Source: Phoronis australis
Lineage: Eukaryota > Animalia > Phoronida
Reading direction: 5' to 3'
Assembly (NCBI GenBank): GCA_002633005.1
Contig: NMRA01000025.1
Span: forward strand, 255,757 to 319,756
Length of the DNA stretch: 64,000 nucleotides
The translations under genes were made by a program, and so were the position numbers. Under the pieces are notes generated by a model. That model ran no database searches. It was not told where the DNA came from and saw only the letters and a list, made by a program, of their open reading frames with translations. Of this stretch, positions 37,447-52,353 are shown in pieces (the first letter of the stretch is position 1; each line of letters begins with the position of its first letter).

Positions 37447-38009
37447 TAAGTCTCATTCGTTTTTTCCCTTCCCTCTTTGTATTTTAAGTTTTTTGGCTCT
37501 TATGGAAGTCATTGTATTCTCAAAGTTCGTGTTTTATTGCTGAAGTTCTATTTCCTGGACGATGAATGATCGTTAAGTTAGCCTGTGTATGTCATATTGA
37601 TTATTAAAGTGTTTTGAAATTTGAAAAGTGGTATGTTGTGGCTGATAAAATATGAGTTTGCAATGAACTGGTCAACTTTCAGCTGTGTGTTTGAAAAGAA
37701 CACTAGATTCTAATTTGGCATCATTGTAGGATAAATTTAAATGTCAAGATGTTTTGTGCTGTCGCGAAATACTAATAATTTGATGCTGTTGTAGAAATCA
37801 TTAACACATGTTGTTTGAATATGCTCTGTGGCATAGGAAAAATTGTTTAAGACAAATTGTTCTTTCTGACTGTGTATAGTTTTGTTGCAATATTAGGTTC
37901 AGGTCAGGCATCAAAATGGGTGGGTTTAACTTTGTTAATGGTTTGTAAATATCCTGAGTGTAAATTATTTGTACATACTCTACTTCCCATAAATTTGTTA
38001 AAATTTGTC

Positions 38010-38015
38010 AATAAA
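38010..38015 (+). terminator. Probable RAB28 polyadenylation signal
   Basis: AATAAA followed by U/GU-rich ttctttgttggttgtgtt at the end of a T-rich, 3'UTR-like tract. Confidence 0.55.
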
Positions 38016-41000
38016 ATGTTAAAATTTCTTTGTTGGTTGTGTTAAATTTAGATTTCGCTTTCTGAAACTATGCAAGGACATAACGCCCCCTGTCAGCAGC
38101 TTTGGATTCACCAAGAAAGAAGTCAGAGTTGGTGTTTCCAAACAGTAGGCCTAAACTACTAAATACTTTGAACAGAACACCAGTGTGGGAAACCAAAGGC
38201 GGTCTTGAGAGAAAACAGTCCCTTAGAGTTGAATTGCGGTTGATTAGAAAAGAACTACAGCTCGTAAGAAAAGAATTCTGATGATGAGAAAATGATGCTG
38301 CTAATGAGAATGGGATGTAAAATTGCCTATCCTTTTAGCACTCTTCATTTGAATAGTTAAGTTACATTGTAAACACACTGAACAAGTTGATTAGGGAATA
38401 AGTGAAACTTCTCTTGAAACTCATTCTCATACTCCTGCTCTATGGTTCTACTGACGTGTTTGGCACATGGGCCTCATTCCGGATCACAGGCACTACTTCA
38501 CATACGGTACCGTATTCATGGACGGGGGACAAGGGGGGCCCACGGCCCCCAATCTTGGTAGATTGTCATAGAAATAAGAAATGATGGACATACATATATT
38601 GAACGAAAATTAAAATTTTCTTAAACACAGCCCTGCCATTATCCCCCCCCNCCCCCCGATTCAATGTTTTTCCGCTACCCATGATACAGGCACGTGTACC
38701 AAAGTACCCGCAAAATGGCTGTCAAGCTCATGCTTACGGAAGAACGCTAAGTAACAAATTATCTGTCGTTGTGTTGGAAAAATGAGCCTGCCGAAGCCAC
38801 GTTTGTGTAGCTATACTTGTACACGGAGAAGAATAATTCGATTTCAATGCACACTTTTAAACATAAACTTGGAAAAGAGCAAACATTTCAGTCTCGACTG
38901 AAGCTGCAGAGGCGTAATAACGGTGCAGTGAAGAGTGCTTTCTTACGACACTAGTGCAGGAAGATTCTATTTGGTCTCACTGCCAGGTTAAAACTCCGTA
39001 CTGAATTTTTGTAAAAGATTCAGTTGACGTGATTTGGTCAAACAGTAGTGAGCGAGGGTTGAGTATGACAAAAACGCTCTTACCCTAATTGGTCTCGGGA
39101 TGTATGTGTCAGGATAGCACTTCAAATCAACCAAGAATGGAAACCAAGCCTCATTGAAAAAGGTTGAGCATTAAAAGTCCTAATCAAGCGTGAACATTCT
39201 TTATGGTTTAATTAATGAAAAGACTGTGATTACAAAAACGTATAATGTGCAGAAAGATTAGTTCTCAGTCACGTGACCGTTTTTTTAAAAATCGTCGCTC
39301 AGAAATCTCCATTGTTTTCAGTAGTCACAACGGTGTTCCGGATTTCCCGTCAATGCCGAGGACTCGACGGTCAAACATGAAGATGCGCCAGAATGCGAAG
39401 AACTCCAGAATACAACCATGGCAAAACCAAGGAGCAAAATTTTAAGCTTATCTTGGCCGGACTAAAATCTAAAACTCTGTAATATCTCACTAATCTGTTA
39501 CAAAACGGTTGGCGTTGGCGTGTGGTGAATTACGAAAGCACTAAAACTGGACAAAAAAACATACAAAAATATCCAATTCAACATATGCACACATACAGGA
39601 GGAACAGTCGTATGCGACCACAAGTGAAGTTTGGACGTGCGCACCTAATTGCTAAGCAGTGACTTCTGTAAACATTTCTCAGTGTTACCTAACTCAATGT
39701 TCAGATACAGACGTGATAGAATACAAACTATCGAACTTGCACAAACAGATGGGACAGCTTGTGGACCTTCGAAGCACAAACTCATTTTTTCGATACGACA
39801 ATTTGAGGTTTGTCACGCAAAATGTTGACACGTAAGCCTAATGTCTTCAAATTGCGACAGTTTTTACAGACCTGCGAAGTAATGACGTCGCAAATTGGAA
39901 AACAATCGGCAATGCCTCGACCATTATCACAGTTTGGTGTGTGAAAACCAACAGTTAGTATAACATGCGTTATCGCTGGACAATGCAGACGCCGAAGGCG
40001 TACATGTGACGGCCCTGTAATAGATACAGGCTACTCAACAAATTTGCTTTTTGTTTAATAAAAATCATGTACACTAAACTATGTGTATGGACAAAGATTT
40101 GATATGAATACATTGCCACAACAGCATCTCTCATTTTTTGTTCTAAACTACAAATTACAGGTTTAGTTTACCTAATCAAAAAAAGTAGTTGCTTTGGTCG
40201 TATAAGAAATCATGACCGTCAACGGACATGTCCCCATGTATAAATTTCACCAAATGATTATATTAACTTAATCAAAGAACATCAAAAAGGACAACGTTTA
40301 TTGACGGGTAAGTCTGAACTTGATGAACTTCTTGCTTTTTAGTACATTTCTACTCAAAAGTTCTTGCCACGTCAGCTCCTGACTATAGCTATCCGATGGC
40401 AAAATACGTAGGAGTGCCACCAACCCTATCTTAAATAGACTATGGGGGTTCTTGAGATAGTAAGATATTTACCTTGACAGGCTGCTGTTCGTAGAATCCT
40501 GGGAATTATAGGGCACTTGACATTCTTCATAATGAATATTTATTAGCAATGATCGGATTCATATGAAACTTTCACAAACTATGCTTTGTGCACTGTTCTT
40601 CAAATATTCTCAGGAATTCTTTTTAAATGTTCTAGTTTTGTACAAGGTGCTATCAAAAATAGGCCTTATATATTTTAATGGAAAAAATCAAAAGTTTATA
40701 AAACGAAAACGGAGAGGAGTTTTGTTGTGTTCTCCCGTACGTGTTTAGGTGTATGTGTGGCATACATACGTGACCTAAATGGGCTCTTCAAATCGTCCTA
40801 AGAAATCGGAATACTGTTATTTTAGAAAAAAAATTGTCACCTTTTGACAATCAACAACAATAGTTTTCGCGTGACTAAGCTATTATTTTTGCGCAGACTC
40901 GTTCAACCATCAAACAATTGGATGTTTACCAGAGTAAAGAAAATCCTCTCTGTGTTATTTCTAAACACCCTCAGTTTAAGTGGATGACGTCACAGTTGTC

Positions 41001-44000
41001 AATCCAAGCGATGGACAAATACTATCAAACATGTCATCGAGTAGTGATTAAGCTTTTTGGAATGGTTGTTGTTTTTATCAATCACCAATTGATGCTTCCT
41101 CATAAGCAAGATCAACATTTGCAAAAAAATGCTTGTGAACCAGTACACAAGTGTAAAAATACCAAATACAGAGCAAAACGTAGACTCTCTACACTGCAAT
41201 ACCAATTATCATATTGAATAAAAGTTAATTTGGATATCATGCTGTTTGTTAAATTAGTAACTCCCCGAGGGTGCAGCTTCGACTGTAAAGTAAATTATCT
41301 ATTTGTACGTGACGAGCTACACATTTTTGGGTTCCCAAGGAGCCTTGAGCACCGAGAAACACCGTAGTTAAACCATTGCGTATGCAGATATTAATGTTCA
41401 TTAAACACACGTACAATGTTATCTGCAGTTGATAAACACTAAACCAGATAGAATATATAAGTTTGATTACATTTCCTTGGGGGCCACTGCCATTGGTAAG
41501 ACAATTTTGAGCATGTGCAAAAGTGTGCCAGCTATAAAAACACGTGATTTTGTAACATGTTTATTTTCTAAATTGATATATTGTATGCAGCCATGTGGAA
41601 CTGGTGTGGTACTGAACGAATGGATTAAAGAAGCATTTCAATACAACGAACTTGAATAGACATGAAACCGAAGAAAATCCCTTTTTAAAACATGTTTGCA
41701 TTAGGCTGAAATGAGGTCGACATTCACTCTATTAGTGCAGTAAACTGCAATTTACGCTTTTGGTTTCACAGTGTGCACATATCGAGATAGCTACTTGAGT
41801 AATTGTTAAGCATCAGTCAGCGTCATTGCGCGGTCACATTCGACACATTTTGTTTAATTGTGTTTGAGGTGAAAAATCATCATTTGTTAAAGGCCCCTTG
41901 ACCGAGTTTTTGATGATTAAATGCTCTTTAACGCTGCTTTAATCACTTTTGCTGGGCATGATGAAGTTCAAAAAGTTATCTTTCAATATGTTAAAAGTTT
42001 CGTTTCAAGCTGTTAGGCATTTAACATGCACTGCGTGTAATAGAAATTTTTATAACGAAACATGCACACAAGTTTAGGACAACACCAGTTATTTGACTTT
42101 GAATTTCAAAAAACGCAAAATTTCAATTTTTTCGAAAAATTTACGGAATATTGCGAAACTACCAATTTAGATAGAATTTTGGACGGGCTTTCAGAAAATG
42201 TTTTCCGTTTTTCGCTAGGACGTCTACTTTTCGAATTATTTGAGATTTTCTGATAGCGCTGTTCCTTTGTTGAGCTCTCTTACTGCATTGATGTTGGTTT
42301 AGTTTATGTGAACAAGACTGTAGCTTATTTCCTACTAATTTATGACATCTAAGTTCGTCGTATGAATGTTATCGTGTTGTTCATAATCTCTCCACCTTCA
42401 TCGTCATGATCGTCGTCGTCATCCTCCCCATCGTCCTGTTTTCGCGTAATTTTGCCAAGTGTCGCTCCTCCGAGCGCTCTCGGTTTATCTATTGACTTTC
42501 TATCCCAGTCGACGGACTTATTGTCTCTGTCGATGGACTTATATCTGTCCATAAAATTTTTTATAAAACATAGTTATTATGTTAATATAGTTCCTGAGGA
42601 AAAGAGGCCCACCACAAGGAGGGTGTTCAAATGGACAAAATCAAGCGACTGATAACGAGTTATTTCACCAGTAAGTTAGGGATCTTACACGCGTACACCA
42701 GCAAAATGGGTTCCAATCACTCCGAAGAGTTTGGTTGGCGAGGCTGCAAAGTTGAATTAGGGGATAGAATCAAGGAGAGTTCACTGTTTCCGTTCCATAA
42801 GCGACACGTCTGGCCACACAGTGCATCACAGGAGGCTTGCGTTTACGGAACGCTCCCCTGAAGCACACTCGATGTGAAACACCATTCTTGTGTTAAGTTT
42901 CGTAGTTCTTTATTTATGAAACACTTTTAAGAGATTGAACAGTTGACGTGTAGGCGTTAATTTCTTTTCAAATTATACTCTTGTGAAGGTTTCTTGCAAC
43001 TTTTAGGATCCCAACGTCATGCACAGAAAACTCCTGGACCGCGACCTTCGAATCACACTCTTATTGGGCGTCTCTAAGAGCATAGTTGGAACGCAAAAAC
43101 AGACTACTGAAATTACATTATTCAGAGTGGCTGTCTGCCACTGAAACAGAATTCAACATGCTCATCAGGTATTTTTATGGTTTGTTTGTAAAGATTTCGA
43201 ATTTCTGTTGATGCCAAAGCATTTTCTTTTAGTTTCAAATTTCGGGAAAACGGCTCTCTGTCAATTGCTCGTCACTTCGTCGGTTTTTCTCCCACAAGGC
43301 AAAGCACGTCTCTTCATTTGGTATGGCAAGACATAGAAGTAGCACATTTCCTTACAGAAAATGTGACCTTGGACCTTTGATGTAAACGAACTTAAAATGC
43401 GACTTTTAAGCAATAGCCAGTCCGATTAAGAGGCAAGTCCTTAGTTTTTAAAATTAGTTGTAAAGGTATCGTAGTATTCAAATGTATTCTAAAATGCACT
43501 TTGAATTATTTTTGAAAAATTGCTTGCTTCATTGGCTATCGCCTCATACTGTGCTGTCCACCTCAGATTCGGAGTGCGATCGTACATGATAATGTGCCGG
43601 TAGTATCCATCTTGTCAGTCACCTGTTTGTGGAATAATTGTGAGCGCATGCGCGCATTAAATTTTATCGTAAGTGGGAGGGAGATTAGAAACTCTGTAGT
43701 GACTACAGAGTTTTTCCTTCGCGCGTATTTCAAAAATCTTGAATTTTGTGATTTTTTTCAGGAAATTCCCTCACAGGGTAAAGTAAATAATTCTGCAATA
43801 GACGTTGTGAGAACGTACTTTCGTCAGGAGTTGTTTCAGTAAAAGATATTGTTGACCAACTTTCGCCTTCAGTGCCTCTTTCCATCTCGTAAACGTGTCT
43901 GAAGTTTCTTTTCGCAACCTTACCACAGACAATAAAGAGACCAAGTCAGCTGCACTAAAATTCTCCCAGTGCAACGAAATGCAAATTATTAGCTTGCTAA

Positions 44001-47000
44001 CAAGTGTCTGACAACTAACTGCCGTTACCACCTGTAACGCATCGTTACTGAAACAGTGTGTGCCCCCGGTTTAATTATTAACAAGGCGCACAAGAACGCA
44101 AAGTGGTCCCTGATTGGTCGACCGTGTTACTCGCCAGTGCACCTCAGACGCATTTGTCGGCGACCGGCTGATAACCTTTACGTATATTATACTCTGCGGC
44201 TTACAAAATTCTATTTGTTAAAAACACCCAACTGCAATAGCGCACCCATTAAGAGGCTGTAATCACGTGGACCGGCTAAAATTCTACTCGACGAAGACGT
44301 TTTAATTGGAGTACCCGGCGAGAGAAACCTTTGAACTCAACTAAGGACGGGATATAACGGTTCATTGAGATTAAACCCGCATCGACCAACCGTGAGAGCA
44401 AAATGTGAACATGAGGAATATACCACAACTAAAATTTACGGGAATTTTGTTCCACTTTATCAAATTAGTTTAGACAACGTAAGTATGACAACTTTTATTT
44501 TGATCATAGATTTACTGGTGATAGCAGCTGTGGACATACTCAGTGCTATCTCCAACTGGCCCAGCATAGCTGTGCAAAAGCCACTCAGTCGAATAGAACT
44601 GTTTTCCTTTCTGAAAAGCCATGCTCGCTCCCAGATATTGCAACAGCTAGGTGCGAAACTGTGGTTGGCGGGCCTTTTGCTTTTCTGTCCGCCCCTCCCC
44701 GTCCCCGTCACTGTCACTTTTCCATTCTGCGGTTCTCCAGGTTGTCAGCCGTTCACTGGAGTGCGTTCCCGTCACCTTTGAGTAGCATTTCGGGCAAGCG
44801 GTTGCAAGCTACGGGAGACAGTCAACGTTTAAGAAATAGTAACTATATTTGGTCAAAGGAAGGAAAATTGTTTTTACTAGCCTAATTTACGTAAGTTAAT
44901 GATGTCCGGTTGCGATCTTAGATTCGCCAAAGAATAATTCGACGAATCAAATTTGAGCATATGAACCTTTATCTGCTTTGTGAACAGACTTACGTATTGC
45001 TTGGAAATTGAGTATCCTGGTGTCTGGTGGACAGATTTTGGTTCAAAAGGTTGATTTCAATGCCATGTTATTGTGCGACTCCTCGTTTAGTGGTTCCGAT
45101 ACTTAATTTCGGTTTTCAGAACGCAGGTGTCTCTTTTGAGCGATCTCACGGGTGTACTTGTCCCCTCCGCGGTTACCAGCAAAAATGCAGTGGAAGTGCG
45201 CAGTACTGCTTCAGCCATATTTTTTCTTATGCTACATGAAAGTACCATAGAATGTACCTCACAATATTTAAGTACATACGCGGGAGGCATAAAGTATTGC
45301 AGAATTTCCCTTTTCTGAACTTAAATATCCTGGATTGTTAGGTTGGCGGGCTGTTTATATGTCACTGAGCATGCAAGGCCTAGGTCAACTGTAGGCGTAA
45401 ATGTCATTTCCTTCTATTCTTTGAAAACTCGCTGTCGTGGTTAATTTATGACTGATCTCAAAAATTTTATATACTTAAGAGATATAAAGAGATTATTTGC
45501 AATATCTGCTAATAGTATTGCCGTTCGCCATGCCATATCAATCTTTGGTCTCGGTACTGATAACTGCAAGGTGCTTTGGTCTGAACAGTCAAAAGCGCAC
45601 GAGACCACCCTATGCTGAATATCAGCAACAGGTGGATTACTAAATAACACGTGATTAATAAATAACGAGTTGCTGCATGCGTGCGTCTAGAATATGCTGC
45701 TCGCATGGAACTAAATGCAAGTACTAGTCGCATTGGTCTGCTTAAATCTTATTCAGAAACACTATTGGCTTAAAAGCAAAGAATACCATCTCCGACGGAA
45801 CTCGAGGGGGGAGAGTGGAGGAGACATTCCACTCAATTTTGGATGCGGTCACCCGCTAACGATTTGAAATATGCAGCAATTGGCTTGGCGATTCCACAAA
45901 ATATTCGCATCTCTCAGTTATAAATAGCGCGGCCGTGAGGCGTGCGTTTCATGAAAAGTTTAATCTTACGAAAAAATGCTGTTTAGTGTGAGTCTTTATT
46001 TTCACGCACATGTACCGTACGTAACCTGCTTCGCAGACGAGTGCCAGTATTTAGCGGTATATCCTCATATATCTCTTCTACAGAAGTAGACCATATCCCG
46101 AGCTTTGAACCTAGGCAAAACCATTTCAATGCATTTAAACACTGGAAATGTGTAGAACGTGTGAATTAGCGTTATGCTTTCACACTGGGGATGGTAGTCT
46201 TGTGGTGGTCCAGGAGAAGACAAAACACATGTATATCAACATGCATCCACATTATAAAGTTGCCGTCTGGTTTTGAAATATGTGGGTGTCCCTGGGTCTC
46301 ACACACATTTCACGGAAAAGGAACGGGACTAGAAAATAATGCAGTTTCGAATTGGCGAGTTACGCATGAACGAGCGCAAAAAGTTTATGTTAAATTTAAA
46401 TGGCCATTTCACCTAGAAATAGGCTACGATTCAACGCTGTACCTTGAGAACAAAGCTATGATGCAGCTAGCATACAAATGGTGCAAGGAGAGTCGGTGTA
46501 CAAATACGGAGTAATATAATCTAATTTAATTTATCATTTTATGTGGTCGTTGCACTCGTGTCTAACTATACGTAGAAAAGCAAGAGGTTGGCTGCTTTTG
46601 AAACTCCAGTCTTTGATTTTCCATCTTTATAGTCTAATGTTAAGTGTCTAATATATGTTATGGCGAGAAAGAAGGTCATGTGTAGTTATGTCAAAGTGGT
46701 GTTGTATGTCTAGAACATTTGACATTTAGGAAATATTGAGTGATAACTACAAATAGTTAGTATTAGTGTCTCAAACTCGTAATTAGTGCGATGTATGAGT
46801 AAAAAGGGTCACTTCGCCCTCATGCCGCGAAAATCCGAGATAGAACTTTTCGAAATTGTGTGATCCTGATCTTGAAGATGGAAGCAGTCTCTTGTTATCC
46901 TTGTATACTTTTAATTTCTTACTTGGAGAAGATTATTAATTCTGGTATACCTGTAGTCAAATTTGACACACAGAGTGTGATCACATTCTGAAAATGAATA

Positions 47001-47176
47001 TCAATATTTTGGGTAAAATTATCTTTTGATCCATGATTTATTGCCACATAAATCAGAAAGTGTATGGCCAAGTTCTCAGTTTCATTGTGGTAGCGGCGTT
47101 CTTTTGTTGATATTCCACTGCAGCGAATCTGAAAGGTTTTGTTGTCACACTATCATCTCTACACTGGTGTCACTAG

Positions 47177-47399
47177 CATGCGCGTACCCAGCCTTCGATA
47201 TGGGGAGGCTCGAATTCCCGACGTTGTGGACCATTTGCTTACAAGAGAGCGGGCGGACTAAAAAAAAAATAAAATAAAAAAGGAGCACCTCTGTGAATTG
47301 CACGTTTGCGCTTATTCAGTGGACTTTTGTCACACTTTCCCAGACTTTTTGTCTCTCTGGGGCGGACCTTTTAGGGGGCCACCCCTGGGTGCGCGCATG
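47177..47399. mobile_element. MITE, CATGCGCGCACCCAG-TIR family, copy 2
   Basis: TIRs CATGCGCGTACCCAG and CTGGGTGCGCGCATG; perfect 5-bp TSD ACTAG; internal ggactttt/ggcggaccttt shared with the other copies. Confidence 0.85.
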
Positions 47400-49396
47400 A
47401 CTAGTTACTTAAATCAGTTCGAAAAAATTAACGACAGAGGTAGCTAAAAGGAAGCCGAGTTGATCACCAATAGTCGCAATGGTATTTTTGTTTTGATTGT
47501 AATTAAAAATCGATGAAAACTTTTAAATACGCGAAATTATTTTTTGACATATGACTCCAGCTTCCTGGATTGGCCAACGATGAGTGGCTCACTCTTGTGG
47601 TAATCAACATTCCTTCGCGAATACAGAAAAATAAACAGGCTTTACACTTAACAGTAAAAGAAACACATTGTAATGAAAATCTTGACAGTTCATGAACAAA
47701 TTATTAATGTCAGTTGAATTTTACACACTCCACTTCCGACAAACATAACGCCCGCCCACAGTCAATAGCTGTGTCGTCTGCTACCGACAGGCTACACAGC
47801 AATTTTAAATTTTTCAAGCAAGTTAACTTTACAAAAATCTTGAAGTCCTATACTATTTTATGTTCGAGTGTTCTGTCACTCAGATGGTTGTCCGATATTC
47901 CAATTTCCATTCTCCTTCGTTTTTCAATAAGTTTCCCAGGAAAAGAGTCCCGGCGTGAAAAGTTCTGCGATATCATCTTACTATGTTGCCGCCGCTTAAC
48001 TCACCAGCCGAAAATTCGACAAATGCGCATCTTAAAGGGATATTATCGGAGGAAATGCGATTTCTGAGATCAGCTTCATTTAAGCGGATTCGAATTCTCG
48101 TGCTTGCAATCTATTGGTGTGCTGAAGGAGCTACAACCCATCCGATAAATGGCAACGATTCCAGTCTTTATCTTTGAAGACTGACGCCAAAGAAACATTA
48201 GCAGGTGACGGAACGAGGATTGGTTGAAATCATAAAAAACAGGGTTTAGTTTCCGAAACACACCGTGCGATTGTCAGACATCTAGTTGTACCACGTCGTT
48301 TAGCACATTTCCGAAGTTGATACGGATAAACCGGCGAATGGATAATTTGCCATTTTCGCCTTCAAGTTGGTCTCGAAAGTGAAGGGTGGAATCCCGGCGG
48401 AAACCCTTCGTATGCATGCACACGATGGCCCTGGTCGTGTTGTGTGCCAAGCTCTATGCTGTAGGGTTGTTGATGGTCTGGCAAGCTCAGCAATCAACAA
48501 AGTAAACCATGTCCCAATGTGGCGCTGTTTTGTGCGCTCACGCCGACCGTCGTGTCGTGCTTTTGGATATGGCCATGTTTTATGTACACGAAGGGACTCC
48601 ATCCTTCACTTTCTCACGACGAACGGATAATTTGTCATTTTCGCCTAGGTCTCTAGAGCTTCTGCTTGTTAGCAAAACATGTAAAATTCCCCTGACCGTA
48701 TTAGGTGAATGCATGCAGACGTCAACTTGGAAATGTGCGTGGGGATTTCTGCGCTTGCCAGATCATCAACAACGGCACATAACACGGCTCACAACAATGT
48801 TTTTGCTTATAAAACCCGTGACTACGTTTATGTGAACCAGATGATTGCGTCCACCAAATGCATATTTGAGAGCAAAATTCTCCGCTTACGAAATCTGTGT
48901 GCTTATCAACAAGATTATCGGCCCAGTGTGGAACCGACCTTGAAGCCCCTGAGCTCGCAAACTCAGTCGGACATAAATTACACTTGATAAATGACTTAGT
49001 GCTTTAGCATATTTTTTAAAACTGGGTGGGCGAGTCGAGATTTTCGTTGTGTGCTTGGAACTTTGGATGCAGGCTTCATCTAGCGAATGTCTGTCATATA
49101 GTGGCGAGAATTAGCAATTTGTAATAAAAGCACGAAAAACGCAACGGATATTTTTTCTAACCCTAGTCATAGCTAACAACTTCAAGAAGTCTAACACAAC
49201 CACAAGCGAAGCGTGTTTTTAGCCGCAAAGTGCCACTTTAAAGCGGCCATAAACCAGTGTTTCGTCGTCCAAGGAGCGAACTTTGGACAATTAGACCGCT
49301 TACCGCTCTAAAATTGGTCTGAACTTGTTCCTTACTTTGATAAGAAGAGATTACAAAATAAACGTATGATGATGATGAGAAGCGATTTTGCGTTTT

Positions 49397-49453
49397 CAAA
49401 GAAGTGACAATTCGTCAAAGAAGTGACAATTCGTCAAAGAAATGACAATTCGT
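49397..49453. repeat. 19-bp tandem repeat x3 (CAAAGAAGTGACAATTCGT)
   Basis: Read directly; one mismatch in copy 3; no spacers. Confidence 0.95.
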
Positions 49454-52353
49454 AATTACTTGAGACCATGGTGGGCGCATAAAATAACACACCGTGACAA
49501 GCAAACGCGTTGAGACTGATCTCAATCACTACCGAACTGTCAGTTCCTTAGGACAGAGCCCTGAAATTTCCTCCAATTTGACCAATGAACATTTGAAACG
49601 AGTTTCAAAACTGCAAAAAAATGTGTGAAACACGAACTTTTGTGGATGATCACTGTTTTGTGCCTGTATTAGACGCTCTTGATTTAAATTTGAGTAGGTG
49701 AGCAGCTGTTTGCGATGACAATTTTATGACATTTTGAGTAAGTTTCGTTGAATACACCTGCATTAAATGAAGACATACACTATCGTGAGGTTAACATACA
49801 TGTACTGACATGTAACTAGTTTCCAATGTATCTCGATGATAACCCTTCTAATGAATTGAAATTTTGCATGCACGTACTGCAACAGTGACTTTCAGTCAAT
49901 GCTGCACTTGTGAAAAATCCACGAAGATTGACATTTGCTAAATTGAAAATAACTGTAATGGACTGAAAAGTTTTTATCTGATCCAAAATATTAACGAATT
50001 TAAAAAACGAAGTCGGTTCAAATTATCAAAAACCCTTTTCACATTAATCATAAATGCTTACATATATGGCGTCAGTTAATTAACAGTGACAGAGATTTTT
50101 TTGATAACTCGGGTATGACATAATGGACGTTTAATCACTGACGCAAGAGTCTCTGACCCGTCTACGCCTGCTATCTAAAGACTCGGTGGCCACAGGTTAG
50201 TCGTGGCCAGCCACACAAACTTATGCAAAGATTTTAGTAGAGTGGCCAGCTGGACCCCAGAATAGGTTTTTATTCAAGTATTCAAGCACATAGGTCCAAA
50301 GCACAGTTTTTAACAAAACAATAACACTACAGAAGTACAGAAACACACGTTTTATACATTAATGATCTGTTGCAAATCTTTCATATTATATTGCCTATTG
50401 GACAGGTCATTTGATGACCAGTCACATGGAATTATTTTCGTGGTGCTTCGAATGTTTGAGGTTACCTTTGCTTGACGGTGGGGATTCTTATTGGTTTTGC
50501 GGCGAGACCTTACCCGAGTGCGATTTCTCGTCTGTGCTCAGTGTGCGCACAATTGTTCATTTTGAATCAGTTTTGGCCGGTAGCTTCAACTACCTAATCT
50601 AGCTCACATCTTCCAATAGTATTCCGTGATCGGACATTTGGGAGGTGGGTTCTGGCGGGGCAAACCCAGAGTGTATTTTCTGTCATAGTTTATTGGCATG
50701 CGCGTGAGCACGCGCTGCGCATGCTCAACTTGAAACGCGAATCCGTAAATGCCTTGGTGAGTTCTGTGGTTCAACTGTCTGGTCTCATGAAGGCGATGCG
50801 AAGGAACTTTCCTCAAATAGTGTCACACAAGCGATCGTTTGCACGGTAAGCTGGCAGTTGATTTTTGATCGATGCTACGTTTCTTCGTATCTATACGACA
50901 AACTGATCTTCTGGCTGCTTGTAACAGTACTATTTTAGTGAAATGAAATGGTATTTACAGACTACGTTGACTTTATGCAAAGCTGATCGTTTTCAATAAG
51001 CGTCCATGCCGGCCATGCTAAGACTAGGACTAGGAGCTTAGGCTGACAGGTTGACACCCAACGTGCCCACATGACCCTGATTTTGGAGTTCATAGGTGCT
51101 CGAATTGAAATAATCCACCACTGACACTATACAAATTTCCAACTACCACTGAACAGTTTGCGTTTAGCCATCGCAAAGTGACCCCAGGTTGCCATTCTTT
51201 TTCAGCACCCGCTCCCGTGGTCGGTCGACAGCAGTTTTTCGTTTGAATACCAATAGCTCTAGCTACGCCAGTGACTGTATATGTTTTATATTTTTGCAGA
51301 AGTGGCGGTAGCATACCAGTATACGCCTACCCCTACACTAGTAGTGGTGGAAGTAGAGTTCGACATCGCCTTATAATTTAAACTAAATTCTCTAGAATTT
51401 ATACAAACACACAATATACCAAAATATGCTTTCTTGTGCTTTCGAATGATGTCAAGAGAAAGTTGGTCGAGAAGCTATTTTTACAAGCGATGGGCTTAGG
51501 CAATTCTTTTGGCCCACGATAGTGTGTAGGTTTACCCAATGCCACCATTGAAGATGCGTTTTTCTGACATGTAATAATTACACTAAATTAAAGTGTTTTC
51601 AATATTATGGTTTCAAATCCATGAAATTTCAACAGTCGAAACGTCCTAATCGTCTGCTTCCTCTGCTTCGTCAACTTGTCACCACCCGAGTTCAAAAAGC
51701 AATTCTTTGCGCACGTGCGGTTCAGGAAATAACATGGCACACGCAAAGTACTGTTGCGTATTGGAAAGCGATAAAGTTTCTGGCGAGAAAAGCAAAATCT
51801 CGCTAGTGCTCGTTCTGGGCTGTAACCCGGAGGAGTACGGTATTGTTACATACACTAATTGTCATTATTTGCTAGAGATAAGGATGTCTTGAGTATTTCA
51901 GTGGGGGAATATGCACACTGAAATCTCACTATTCCTTTACGCTATCTTCCCCGCGTGAAACAATACAGAAACGTGACTGTGGTGTGAGGGCGACCTCATA
52001 CTTTTATTTTTGTTATTTGGCATGCGTGTGTCGTTTGGTGCGTGTTGCATCTTTATTTTATATCACCAAGTATGTTTACGTTTTAATATATCTTAGCCTT
52101 TCCATTTGTTTAGCTTCTCTGTAAACTTTTTGTTATTCACGGGTAGTTATATGAGAATCGTCAACCCCCAAGAGGGGTAACCCCGCTTGCGCTCAGCCAC
52201 CATTGCCTAATGATTGATGGCTAAGTTCCCTGGTCGTTACCGACACCGACCTGGTGTCACCATGCTCAACTTTCAAACCTCCGAATTAACTTCGTTTTAC
52301 ACAGTTTTTATGCTCCGGACAAAACACTGAAAGTTTATTGTAAACAAAAACAA

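Noticed and set aside
38517-38683. Possible fourth CATG-ended MITE
   Set aside because: The TIR match is weak, the flanks (GTATT/ATACA) give no TSD, and it contains an N.
42349-42552. Acidic 67-aa ORF with 7-residue repeats
   Set aside because: It is built from a degenerate 21-bp tandem repeat and a (GAC/GAT)n tract, probably a repeat relic, with no splice context.
44365-44781. 138-aa ORF with a hydrophobic stretch
   Set aside because: It has a non-ATG start, no recognisable domain and no supporting splice sites.
49397-49453. Repeat array resembling CRISPR
   Set aside because: The 19-mers are contiguous with no spacers, there are no cas genes, and the context is eukaryotic.
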